The notes under the pieces: generated by a model | Told to the model about the DNA's origin: nothing | The model's input: only the letters and a program-made list of their open reading frames with translations | Databases searched by the model: none | Program-made: the position numbers and the translations under genes | Part shown: positions 19,623-30,211 of the stretch, piece after piece | How the letters are laid out: each line of letters opens with the position of its first letter | How positions within the stretch are numbered: position 1 is the stretch's first letter | From: an uncultured Clostridia bacterium | GTDB lineage: Bacteria; Bacillota; Clostridia; Oscillospirales; CAG-272 | Direction of reading: 5' to 3' | DNA length: 59,467 nt | Assembly (NCBI GenBank): GCA_947586625.1 | Contig: CANPXS010000002.1 | Coordinates: forward strand, 1 to 59,467

Positions 19623-20838
19623 TCTGCGCCTCCGATCCCACCTCACGAGCGTGGTTTTTAGCAAATCCCGTTATAATGTCCGCGATCGGCACGCCGCCCG
19701 GACAAACGTACGAGCAGACGCCGCAGCCGTCGCAGTCGAGCGCGCCGCGCGAGAGCGCCGCATGTTCTTTCCCGTCGCGGATATATGAAACGATGTAGTT
19801 CGGCAACAGCTTTTCCGGGCACGCGGACACGCACCGCCCGCAACGTATGCATACGTCGGCGCCGCGCCGCTCGTATACGTCATCGGATCTGAGCACAACG
19901 AGCGACCGCGTCGTTTTGCCGACCGCGTCGCCGGGCGAAACGCGACGCCCGCATAAAAGCCCGCCCTCGATTATGACGTCGCCGTCGTCGACTTCTATCC
20001 CCGCGAACTTCAACAGCTCCGCAAAGCCCGTCCCTATCGCGGCACGTATATTTTTCGATATCTTTCCCTTTGTGACCGAGACGATGCGCCTCGTCTGCGG
20101 CATACCGGTCACGAACGCATCGTAGACGGCGGCGCATGTCTGCGCCGACACGACGAATTCATTCGACGCTCGCCGCCCCGTGACCGCATACGCAAGACGC
20201 TTTTTGTCCGCCTGCGGGTACTTCGCGCGCACCGTCGCGACCTTTATGAGCTTCGACTTTGCGCACACCTCCGACAGCTTTTTAGCCGCGTCGATGATGT
20301 CGTCGCCGCAAACGACGACGCCCTGCCTCACGCCGAGCGCGAACATCAAAATTTTCATGCCGTTGACTATCGACGCCGGCGACGACGATGCTGCAATATC
20401 GTCGACACATTCCGCAATAAGAACTGACGCGCCGTCCGCACCCTCGACCCTGTCCGCCATCGCGACCCCGTCGCTGTCAGCGACTCCGCACACGCGCAGC
20501 TTTTCTATTATCTCCTCGCGCGTGCAATCCTGAAGGCGTTTATTCGTTTTAACGACCGTCGCCGCCGTCTCGTCCGTGCCGTCGCACTCGATGCGGATCG
20601 CATCCATCGCCTCCGACACAAACCCCGCCTCGGGCGCATGCAGTAGTATGCCGTCAGCCTCCGCTATCACCTGCCCGCGCAAAACTCTGTCGCCAACTCT
20701 TACAAGCACTCGCTTATTTTCGGGGAGCGTCAAAACGAGCGACGCGGGCGGTGCCATATCAGTCACATCCGCACCGCGCGCCGCGCGCATGGCGTCAATA
20801 TATTCATACTGTATCCCGCCGTGCATCGCGTACGCCAT
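19603..20838 (-). CDS. RnfC-like subunit with degenerate nucleotide-binding loop
   Basis: 411 aa, AAGGAGAG RBS. RnfC-like blocks MHGGIQYEY, RAKYPQADKKRLAYAVTGRR and two ferredoxin motifs CIRCGRCVSACP and CDGCGVCSYVCP. The expected GGAGFP-type loop region reads CGVADSDGVAMADR. Confidence 0.7.
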   Translation of the reverse strand: MAYAMHGGIQYEYIDAMRAARGADVTDMAPPASLVLTLPENKRVLVRVGDRVLRGQVIAEADGILLHAPEAGFVSEAMDAIRIECDGTDETAATVVKTNKRLQDCTREEIIEKLRVCGVADSDGVAMADRVEGADGASVLIAECVDDIAASSSPASIVNGMKILMFALGVRQGVVVCGDDIIDAAKKLSEVCAKSKLIKVATVRAKYPQADKKRLAYAVTGRRASNEFVVSAQTCAAVYDAFVTGMPQTRRIVSVTKGKISKNIRAAIGTGFAELLKFAGIEVDDGDVIIEGGLLCGRRVSPGDAVGKTTRSLVVLRSDDVYERRGADVCIRCGRCVSACPEKLLPNYIVSYIRDGKEHAALSRGALDCDGCGVCSYVCPGGVPIADIITGFAKNHAREVGSEAQNERDKG

Positions 20839-20907
20839 TGTCCGCTCTCCTTAAATTGCATATTTTGTCATTTGCCGTCCCGCATCCCCGCACAGGACCG
20901 CAATATT

Positions 20908-20953
20908 ATTTTACCACATATCCGACGATTTGTCAATACCTTTTCACAAATTT
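20908..20953 (-). promoter_or_regulatory. Promoter of the Rnf-like operon with conserved upstream block
   Basis: Minus strand reads aaatttgtgaaaaggta-TTGACA-aatcgtcggatatgtgg-TAAAAT. Same architecture as the promoters at 35506-35551 and 54258-54303. Confidence 0.6.
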
Positions 20954-21306
20954 GTGTGATTTTCGTTTCCGCAGCAGAATTGTGTTGTTATTAAACTATA
21001 AATTTCCACCTTAGAGCCGCCGCGGATGCAGCGAAATAAAATAAAAGGAATTTTGTTCAATAAACGCTTCCTCAGACTGTCGCCGCTCTGCGGCGGCTTT
21101 GACATCTCTTGCGTTTATTATACCATGTCTGCGAGCGCGCGCAGCGGTGCGAGCAGGCAGCCGTCAATGATAACAACAGTGTCGAAAGGCGAGCGATGCG
21201 AAGTATCGCACGGCTTTCGGTAACACTGTGTTATCATTATACCACATCTTTCGCGCTTGTGCACGCGAAATCGCAAAAAATGCACGCTTCACATCACGCC
21301 CGCATC

Positions 21307-22383
21307 TCACCGCAAAAACATCGCATCACCGAACGAGAAAAACCTGTACCGCTCCTGCACCGCCGTTTTGTACGCGTCGAGCACACGCTCGCGTCCCGCG
21401 AACGCGGACACGAGCATCAAAAGCGTGCTCTCGGGCAGATGAAAATTCGTGATGAGCGCGTCCGTCGCGCGGAACTTGTACCCGGGATAGATGAATATGC
21501 CCGTGTCGCCCGCGACCGCGTGGACTTTGCCGTTCTCGTCCGCCGCGCTCTCGAGCGTGCGGCACGACGTCGTCCCGACGCATATGATGCGCCCGCCCGC
21601 ACCGCGCCGCTCGTTTATTGTCCGCGCCGCGTCCTCCGTCACCGTGATGAACTCCGTGTGCATCACGTGGTCCTCGACTCTGTCCTCGCCGACGGGACGG
21701 AACGTCCCGAGCCCGACGTGCAGCATCACGCGTACGAACCGCGCCCCCTTCGCCTCGATTTTATCCATCAGCTCGCGCGTAAAATGAAGCCCCGCCGTAG
21801 GCGCCGCCGCCGACCCCGCCGTGCGCGAGTACACGGTCTGATACCGCTCGCGGTCGCCGAGCCGCTCGTGTATGTACGGCGGCAGCGGCATCGTGCCGAT
21901 CTCATCGAGCGCCGCGTATATGCTCGCGAACCGCGCCTTGTCATAGGAAAATCTAACGACGCGGCAGCCGTCCTCGACTATGTCCTCGACCTCGCACTCG
22001 AGCGCGCCGCCCCCGAACGCTATTTTATGTCCCGGACGCGCACGTTTGCCCGGCTTCACAAGACATTCCCACACGTCCTCGCCGCGTTGACGGAGAAGAA
22101 GGACTTCGACCTGACCCGTCGCGGAACCGTTTATGCGCTCGCCGTAAAGGCGCGCGGGGATAACGCGCGAATCGTTTATCACGAGCGTGTCCGTCGGCTC
22201 AATCATGTCGGCGATGTCGCGGAATATGCGGTGCGACACCTCGCCCGTTTTCCTGTCGAGCACCATCAGCCGCGACGAATCGCGCGGTTCAACGGGCGTC
22301 TGCGCGATAAGCTCCTCCGGCAGATCATAATAAAAATCCGATTTCAAAAGCTCCGTTTTCGGCAGCTCGTTTTTTATAACCAT
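21307..22383 (-). CDS. queA: S-adenosylmethionine:tRNA ribosyltransferase-isomerase
   Basis: 358 aa. [29 protein letters not shown]-terminus and a full-length QueA-like sequence. Confidence 0.92.
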   Translation of the reverse strand: MVIKNELPKTELLKSDFYYDLPEELIAQTPVEPRDSSRLMVLDRKTGEVSHRIFRDIADMIEPTDTLVINDSRVIPARLYGERINGSATGQVEVLLLRQRGEDVWECLVKPGKRARPGHKIAFGGGALECEVEDIVEDGCRVVRFSYDKARFASIYAALDEIGTMPLPPYIHERLGDRERYQTVYSRTAGSAAAPTAGLHFTRELMDKIEAKGARFVRVMLHVGLGTFRPVGEDRVEDHVMHTEFITVTEDAARTINERRGAGGRIICVGTTSCRTLESAADENGKVHAVAGDTGIFIYPGYKFRATDALITNFHLPESTLLMLVSAFAGRERVLDAYKTAVQERYRFFSFGDAMFLR

Positions 22384-22416
22384 AAAGCAACTCCTTTTGA
22401 TTTTTGCTTCGGCGGC

Positions 22417-23094
22417 TCAACTTTCCTTACGTCCCCGAAAAACCGTCGTAAAATGCGAGATCATGTTATATCCTGCGTGCGCCGCGATGCAAGAGATAAC
22501 GGAATCCGTTTTAATATATAGCATTCCGAGTATGAACCCGCATATCAGCGCCGAGAGCGTCTGCACCATGTTAAAATGCAGCAGCGCAAACAGCGCCGAC
22601 GACATTATGAGCGCGGTCACTTTGCCGCAGCTTACCGACAACCCGCCGAGAAGAAAACCGCGCATCAAAATTTCTTCCATGACCGGCGCGAGGATAGAGA
22701 CCTGAATGAAACTGAGTACAGGCGCTTCCCGTAAGTGCTCGAGCGTCTCCCGATAGCGGTCCTCGCTCCCCGGAAGCATGCCTTCAAATATAGGATCCAA
22801 GAATTTATCGAGTAGAAAGTACATCGCCGCAGCACAACCTGCCGCCAAAAGAATTCCTTCAACGGAAATCCCGTTCTTAATGTCGATGTGAAGATCAAAT
22901 TTCGACATCAATAAACTCAGAAAGCCTGCCATGCAGAGCGCGATGGAAATGACATTCAGCAGTCTCGCTTTTTTGGGTGCAATTTTCCCCCATACAGCCA
23001 CATCTAAAAATGTGTATAAAAGCATGACGCCGAACCAGCCGAGGACCCACAAAGCGCCCTCGACGACAGATAACCCCTTGTCCATTTGCCGCAT
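22417..23094 (-). CDS. CPBP family intramembrane glutamic endopeptidase
   Basis: 225 aa polytopic protein. Motifs APVMEEILMRGF, SSALFALLHF and CIAAHAGYN. Confidence 0.85.
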   Translation of the reverse strand: MRQMDKGLSVVEGALWVLGWFGVMLLYTFLDVAVWGKIAPKKARLLNVISIALCMAGFLSLLMSKFDLHIDIKNGISVEGILLAAGCAAAMYFLLDKFLDPIFEGMLPGSEDRYRETLEHLREAPVLSFIQVSILAPVMEEILMRGFLLGGLSVSCGKVTALIMSSALFALLHFNMVQTLSALICGFILGMLYIKTDSVISCIAAHAGYNMISHFTTVFRGRKES

Positions 23095-23415
23095 TTACAG
23101 AAAGATGAACCCGACTGTCAGTATTGCCGACAGCGTGATGCGTATGATGTGATGCTGTATGTGAAGCTGTCCGCTTTTGATCCCGTTCATTATCGCCGCA
23201 GCGCAGATCGCCGCGCACCCGAGTACAGCGATTATGTAATCAAATCTCCACGCGATAATATTGCATATCACGGCGGCGAACAAAATCAGCGCGCCGACGG
23301 TCATGATGAGCGCCGCGAGCGGCTTCTTTTCGCTTTTTGCCTTTATCTGACTGACAGCCGCCAGCAGCGACAACCCGCCGAAAAGGACGCTTACTATACA
23401 GAGAACTATCCGCAT
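23095..23415 (-). CDS. Small hypothetical membrane protein (3-4 TM)
   Basis: ATG 23415 preceded by GGAGG (5-nt spacing). 106 aa, hydrophobic. The stop abuts the CPBP start codon. The ORF-track 5' extension is rejected (Arg-rich, no RBS). Confidence 0.6.
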   Translation of the reverse strand: MRIVLCIVSVLFGGLSLLAAVSQIKAKSEKKPLAALIMTVGALILFAAVICNIIAWRFDYIIAVLGCAAICAAAIMNGIKSGQLHIQHHIIRITLSAILTVGFIFL

Positions 23416-23605
23416 TTTGACCTCCGAATGTGAATTCAAGGCGTTCGCCCTTACGCGCCGTAATATCCTGTCAATGCCGCGCAGTCGCCGCAGCCGACGT
23501 ATACGCATATAATGTAAACGAACATACTGCGCCACAGCGCCAGTATATCAAAAAAACGCGCCGATTTCAAGGCGGTCGGCGCAAATATAAAAATAAGAGG
23601 TATTT

Positions 23606-24538
23606 ATGTTCCGCGAATATACATACGAAGAAACTCTACCGTCCGGCAAGCGCATCATTTTCCGCGGCGCTGCGACCGCGCTCGTGACGCCGTTTCGCGA
23701 CGGCGCCGTCGACATCGACTGCATGAAAACTCTCGTCCGCCGTCAGGTCGACGCAGGCATATCTGCGCTCGTCTCGACGGGCACGACGGGCGAGTCCGCG
23801 ACGCTGACGCACGACGAGGTTCTCGCCGTTACGGAAGCGGTCGTGGAAGAGGCGGACGGTCGCGTCCCCGTCATCGCCTGCGTCGGCGGAAACGACACAG
23901 CAAAATGCGTCATGCTCGCGAAGGAGACGTCCGCGCTCGGAGTCGACGCCGTCATGGCGGTCACGCCGTACTACAACAAAACGACGAAAGAGGGACTGTA
24001 CGCCCATTTTTCCGCGATAGCGGACGCGTCGTCCGTGCCGATGCTCGTCTACAACGTCCCCGCGCGCACCGCGATGACGATCCCTCTCGACGTCTATCAA
24101 CGGCTCGCCCATCACCCCAACATCGTCGGCGTTAAGGAGGCGTCCGCAGATCTTGCGCTCGCCGCCGACATAATCTCCGCGTGCGGAGACTCGCTCGCGC
24201 TTTACAGCGGCTGCGACGAGCTGACGCTGCCGACGCTCGCACTCGGCGGGCTCGGCGTCATATCGGTCACATCGAATCTGTTCCCACGCGAGGTCGGCGC
24301 GATGTGCCGAGCGTGGTTTACGGGCGATACTTCATATGCGCGGCAATTGCAGAAAATACTGCATCCCGTCACGCGCGCGCTGTTTTCAAAGCCGAATCCG
24401 ATGCCCGTCAAGGCGGCGTGCGGCCTATGCGGGCTGTGCTCGCCCGAGGTGCGTCTGCCCCTCGTCCGCGACACCGACACCGACGCGCTCCGCGATGTCA
24501 TAGAGAATGCGAAAGCAGCGTTTTCTGCAAACGCATAA
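23606..24538 (+). CDS. Second DapA-family protein (4-hydroxy-tetrahydrodipicolinate synthase paralogue)
   Basis: 310 aa, AAGAGG RBS. FRGAATALVTPF, STGTTGESATL, VYNVPARTA and VGVKEASAD match the DapA/NAL lyase family. Substrate specificity not determinable by eye. Confidence 0.8.
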   Translation: MFREYTYEETLPSGKRIIFRGAATALVTPFRDGAVDIDCMKTLVRRQVDAGISALVSTGTTGESATLTHDEVLAVTEAVVEEADGRVPVIACVGGNDTAKCVMLAKETSALGVDAVMAVTPYYNKTTKEGLYAHFSAIADASSVPMLVYNVPARTAMTIPLDVYQRLAHHPNIVGVKEASADLALAADIISACGDSLALYSGCDELTLPTLALGGLGVISVTSNLFPREVGAMCRAWFTGDTSYARQLQKILHPVTRALFSKPNPMPVKAACGLCGLCSPEVRLPLVRDTDTDALRDVIENAKAAFSANA

Positions 24539-24646
24539 CGATTATATGCAGATGCAGAAAATGGCAACGCCGTAGTCGACAGAGAACATCGCATGAGCAT
24601 AGTGCGCGCAGTGTATACTTGAAAACCTACGGCTCGATGCCGTCAT

Positions 24647-25894
24647 TTATGCATCAGAATTCGTATGCTGCAAGACGTGCCACTCTCCCGTTTTGATATC
24701 GCATATACAGACGTAGTTTAAGAAATACCGCGTATTCTGCGCGTTTTCGGCGTTGTACGAGTCGAGCATATCGTACTGCATCCCCTCGAATATGATGTAA
24801 TCGTCCGTCACCTCGTATATCTCGTAAAAGCTCGTGCCTATATCGGAAAAGCAAATCTCCGACGTGCCTGATTTGTGGTCGTAACGGTACAGCGTGCCGC
24901 CGTCGACGCACATTACCTCGCGTTCGTTTCCGTCGGCGAAAACGAACACGCCGCCGTTCTCGTACTGCCATACGTTATAATAAAGGTCGCCTCCGTGCGG
25001 TTTGAATTGCAAAACGTTTTCGGCGACGAGCGTCTCGCCCGCGTCCTTGTCGTCAAGGTCGACGGCGTACACGTCGGACACCATAAGGAACGGTCCCATC
25101 TCGTGCTCCGTCATGCCTTCCGCGATGCGGCAGTTTCGCTCAAAGTACAAAATGCCGCCCTCGACGTATGATGTGAACGTTTGAGCGCCGCGTCTGAACG
25201 GTCCTGTGCCGCAGTCGTAGACCTCTGTTTCATCTGACAGCGCAAGGTCGCAGCTGTACACGATCCCGCGGTTCGTTATGTAGTAAAGTCTTCCGTCCGA
25301 TATACCGGCGACGCGCGACGGCGAGTCGTTTTTGACCTCGACATATTCGCCCGTGTCCGTGTCGATCATACCGACGCGGCGCCGTCCGTCGAGGTATTCG
25401 ACCGTCATATATATTTTGCCGTCAAAGTATACGGCGTCGTGTACGCGCGAAAAATCAGTTTCCGCGAGCGTATACCCGACTCCGGCTTCGGCGTCGTATA
25501 CCTTTATCCTGCCGAGATTTATCTCCGCATCCGTCCGCTCGACCATTTTCCCGTCTATGTACTCGACGGGCGGACGACGCCCGAACATATATATGAGCGG
25601 CATCACGCTGTCCTTTTGCGGGACGACGAGTATATTTTGAAGCACGGACGCATACGCGGGACATTCCTCATAGCTGTGAGCGCACAACGGGTCGACACAT
25701 GCGGGATATGTTCTGTCCGTCTCGTCCGCGAGCGAATACATGACGCGGCTGCCGAGCATATAATAAACGACGTTGTTGCAGAACAGATTCGACGCGTATA
25801 TCCCGTCGCCGTCGGCGTTTCTACTACCCGAGCATGACGATGCCGACACGCATAAAATCATGCTCATCACTATGGCGATGATTCGTTTTGACAT
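24647..25894 (-). CDS. Lipoprotein with beta-propeller-like repeats (DUF5050-like)
   Basis: 415 aa. Signal peptide plus lipobox (ILCVSASSC). Recurrent ...DG(K/R)(I/L)YY... blades. Paralogue of the next gene. Confidence 0.65.
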   Translation of the reverse strand: MSKRIIAIVMSMILCVSASSCSGSRNADGDGIYASNLFCNNVVYYMLGSRVMYSLADETDRTYPACVDPLCAHSYEECPAYASVLQNILVVPQKDSVMPLIYMFGRRPPVEYIDGKMVERTDAEINLGRIKVYDAEAGVGYTLAETDFSRVHDAVYFDGKIYMTVEYLDGRRRVGMIDTDTGEYVEVKNDSPSRVAGISDGRLYYITNRGIVYSCDLALSDETEVYDCGTGPFRRGAQTFTSYVEGGILYFERNCRIAEGMTEHEMGPFLMVSDVYAVDLDDKDAGETLVAENVLQFKPHGGDLYYNVWQYENGGVFVFADGNEREVMCVDGGTLYRYDHKSGTSEICFSDIGTSFYEIYEVTDDYIIFEGMQYDMLDSYNAENAQNTRYFLNYVCICDIKTGEWHVLQHTNSDA

Positions 25895-25925
25895 ATCCCG
25901 ACCTCACAAACTGCTTGATAATTTC

Positions 25926-27263
25926 TTAAATTACGACCGTATACTCAATCGTCAGCTTGCCCGAGAAAATATCATATCTGAAAAACTTCATTTCATCGGG
26001 GTCCTTTGAGTAAGCGTAACCCTCGTTTATTCCGGCGTAATATGTGCCGCCGAAAACGACCGTTTCACCGTCAACGTATATGACATCCTCGATATCCGCG
26101 CCGCAATCCCCGAACACCGCCGCCGTCTGCATCGTCACAGTGTCGTATCTGTACAGTGTGCCGCCGGTGTCCGCCGTCACCTTGTCGGCGCCGTAATATC
26201 CGTAGTCGTGGTAGTCGTATTCGGCGAAATAGAGACCGCCGTCATAAAATCCGATATGCGTCGTGACGACATTTTCGGCGATGATATACACTTCCGCATC
26301 TGTGCCGTTTATCGCATACGCGGCAAGATCATATCTCAAACCGCCGACGGCGTAACCGTTTTCATCCGTATCCTGCGCGCAGTTTGTGAAAAAGTAGAGT
26401 ACGCCGCCGTATACAGTCGGAGACGTTATCATGTCGCAGCCTTGCAGCACCGCGACTTCTTTCACATTTGACAGATCGCGGTCCGCGCAATAGAGGGTAT
26501 TGCCGACCGTCAAGTAAACCTTGCCGTCGTATATGCCCGCCGTTTTGACGTCTCCGCCTATATTTCCCGTCATGCATTCGCCCGTTTCGACGTCGACGCA
26601 GTACGGCTCATCAAAATAGAGCATGCCGTCGCAGTACATGACGGGCGGCTCGAGCGTCAGCGGGAATGACGGCGTGACACATCTCCGCACACCGGTTTTG
26701 ATATTATACTCAAACAGCGCGCCGTTTCCGCCGCTTTTCGGAAGCGACACGTCATGCCCCGCGACCGTTTTTATCTTCGTCTTGTCGACGATGTAGTATA
26801 TTACATCTCCTACATTGTCGTCCGTGTCCGTCGGTGAAACAAGAAGCACCGCGTTCGTTACGTATGCGGTACAGCGTATATCGGAGTGTGTGCATCCATC
26901 GACGCTGCATATCAGTTCCGGCTCATCGTCCGTGCCGATATATTTTATCGCTTTATATGAAGTGCCGTTTTTGCGGACATTGACGAGTATAAAGTCCGAC
27001 GCTGCGCCGACGCCGAAGCCGGAATATGCGACACCGTCGTCGAGGATAAATGCGCCGTCGGCGCTCTGAGTAAATATCTCCTCCGCGATTCGCTGCGCGT
27101 CATCGGCTGTGATTTGTGGAGTCTCGCCGGACGCGTTTGACGCTGTATCGGAGGTCGACGATTCGTCCGACGTGCCGTCAGCGGGGTCGTGATCGTGCGA
27201 GCACGACGCGGCGCAAAACGTGAAAAAAGTGAATACGATCATCGCGGCTAACAGTTTTTTCAT
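25926..27263 (-). CDS. Lipoprotein with beta-propeller-like repeats (DUF5050-like), paralogue
   Basis: 445 aa. Signal peptide plus lipobox (TFCAASC). Repeated YDGKVYL / GGVLYFF / YDGGLYFA blades. Confidence 0.65.
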   Translation of the reverse strand: MKKLLAAMIVFTFFTFCAASCSHDHDPADGTSDESSTSDTASNASGETPQITADDAQRIAEEIFTQSADGAFILDDGVAYSGFGVGAASDFILVNVRKNGTSYKAIKYIGTDDEPELICSVDGCTHSDIRCTAYVTNAVLLVSPTDTDDNVGDVIYYIVDKTKIKTVAGHDVSLPKSGGNGALFEYNIKTGVRRCVTPSFPLTLEPPVMYCDGMLYFDEPYCVDVETGECMTGNIGGDVKTAGIYDGKVYLTVGNTLYCADRDLSNVKEVAVLQGCDMITSPTVYGGVLYFFTNCAQDTDENGYAVGGLRYDLAAYAINGTDAEVYIIAENVVTTHIGFYDGGLYFAEYDYHDYGYYGADKVTADTGGTLYRYDTVTMQTAAVFGDCGADIEDVIYVDGETVVFGGTYYAGINEGYAYSKDPDEMKFFRYDIFSGKLTIEYTVVI

Positions 27264-27765
27264 GGCTTCCTCCGTGTGCTTTTTTATGTGGCGACGACTT
27301 TTTAGTAATAGACATCTATATTTTATATGACGTCTTTTTCGGCGTATCGTTACAGGAAGTCGAAAAAATCTTTGAAAATTTTTTCTTTTTTCTTATCTGC
27401 GGCGATCATTTATATAATTTGATGATACATCATTTTTGTCTGAGTTTAAATATGTACAGGCAAAAAAAGTTTTAAGATTTTTTGAAGATGTGGGGATACC
27501 GTGCTTTGCAGCTTTTTCGGTAGACTTATCGCGAGGCGAAAATTGTGAGACAAATACTGCGTCATTTGTAATAAAATTTTTGAAAGGATAAGAGCGCGAG
27601 AGAAAAAGGAAGAAGGGGCGTACGCCCCTTCTTCTGCTTTTTCGCTTTGCGAAAAAGCCAACTTCATTTCAAGAAGTTTCATGCAAACATTTTTTATTTT
27701 TTCACAGCATGTAATATCAATACATGCCTATTAAAATGGGAAACCTTTTGTCGTGTCAGAAAGGT

Positions 27766-27852
27766 GGCAGCTCCGAGTAAAACTCGGAGCTGCTCCATAC
27801 CACACTTTTCGCGCAGCGAAAACGTGTCGCAGGTCGCCGCAGGCGAACTGCC
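27766..27852 (-). repeat. 87-bp MITE-like insertion with terminal inverted repeats
   Basis: Present in repeat unit b but absent from the otherwise colinear unit c. Ends are ggcagctc...gaactgcc (7/8 TIR). The interior matches 57541-57598 in opposite orientation (ggcagttcg...cgacctgcgacacgttt.cgc...gcg.aaa.gtgtg). Confidence 0.65.
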
Positions 27853-28131
27853 TCTTTCACAAAAGACGGATTTTATTAAAACATCTCTCCTTTTCCGTAA
27901 AAATTTTTGAAAGGATAAGAGCGCGAGAGAAGGGAAACTTTTTATAAAAAGTTTCCTTTTTGTAAAATTGGTAGTCGATACTTCAATACATACCGATAAC
28001 AGATGGGAAACCTTTTGTCGTGCCAAAAGGTTTCCCATACCTTTCCAAAAGGCGGATTCTATTAAATAAATTCTGCGTTTCTGTACTTTCAATAAGAAAA
28101 TGTGTAAAAGTTCTTGAAAGAAAGAGGGCTT

Positions 28132-28171
28132 GGGGGAGAGGAAACTTCTTTCAAGAAGTTTCCTCTCCCCC
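28132..28171 (-). terminator. Probable groEL terminator hairpin
   Basis: 17-bp perfect stem gggggagaggaaacttc / gaagtttcctctccccc starting 21 nt after the groEL stop. The downstream tract on the minus strand is T-rich but not a clean U-run. Confidence 0.55.
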
Positions 28172-28191
28172 AAATAAAACCAACTATATTA

Positions 28192-29838
<1,647 letters not shown>

Positions 29839-29862
29839 TTAACTTAATGATAGAATGTCTTC

Positions 29863-30147
29863 TCAGCCGATTTTCGCGAGAATGTCGCCCTGACGGACGA
29901 TGTTGTATTCTACGCCGTCGATCTTTATCTCGGTGCCCGCGTACTTGCTGATGATGACGCGGTCGCCGACCGCGCTGACCATAGCGGTTTCTTTGCCGTC
30001 TACCTCGCCGCCGGGACCGACAGCGACGACCTCGAATACCTGCGGTTTCTCCTTTGCGGAGCCGGGCAGTATGATGCCGGCGGCAGTCGTTTCCTCGACC
30101 TCCGTTGCCTTTACGACGACCTTGTCAAAAAGCGGAATGATGTTCAT
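29863..30147 (-). CDS. groES: Co-chaperonin GroES
   Basis: 94 aa. MNIIPLFDKVVVK...AGIILPGSAKEKPQ... is typical Cpn10. Confidence 0.97.
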   Translation of the reverse strand: MNIIPLFDKVVVKATEVEETTAAGIILPGSAKEKPQVFEVVAVGPGGEVDGKETAMVSAVGDRVIISKYAGTEIKIDGVEYNIVRQGDILAKIG

Positions 30148-30211
30148 TTGTTTTGCCTCCTTCTGAACATTTATGTAATACTATGTATAAGCCATGTAAG
30201 TTTAGCACTCA

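Noticed and set aside
17137-19661. 646-aa and 546-aa plus-strand ORFs (17137-19077, 18021-19661) and the 402-aa ORF 17648-18856
   Set aside because: They are antisense to the Rnf-like genes. The translations are Arg/Pro/Ser-rich with long R-runs. The minus-strand genes have RBSs, overlapping junctions and family motifs.
20944-20960. tcacaaatttgtgtga as a CRP/FNR-type site
   Set aside because: The half-site orientation is TCACA...TGTGA, the reverse of the TGTGA-N6-TCACA consensus. Half of it is the conserved TTTGTGAAAA promoter block already described.
21109-22521. 470-aa plus-strand ORF
   Set aside because: It is antisense to queA and has an Arg-rich composition.
27694-28173. 159-aa minus-strand ORF (and other 60-90 aa ORFs) across the groEL-downstream repeats
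   Set aside because: Its internal similarity (GNLLARQKVSH / ATFLTRQKVSH) simply mirrors the DNA repeats. It has no RBS, runs through perfect hairpins and is AT-rich with odd composition.
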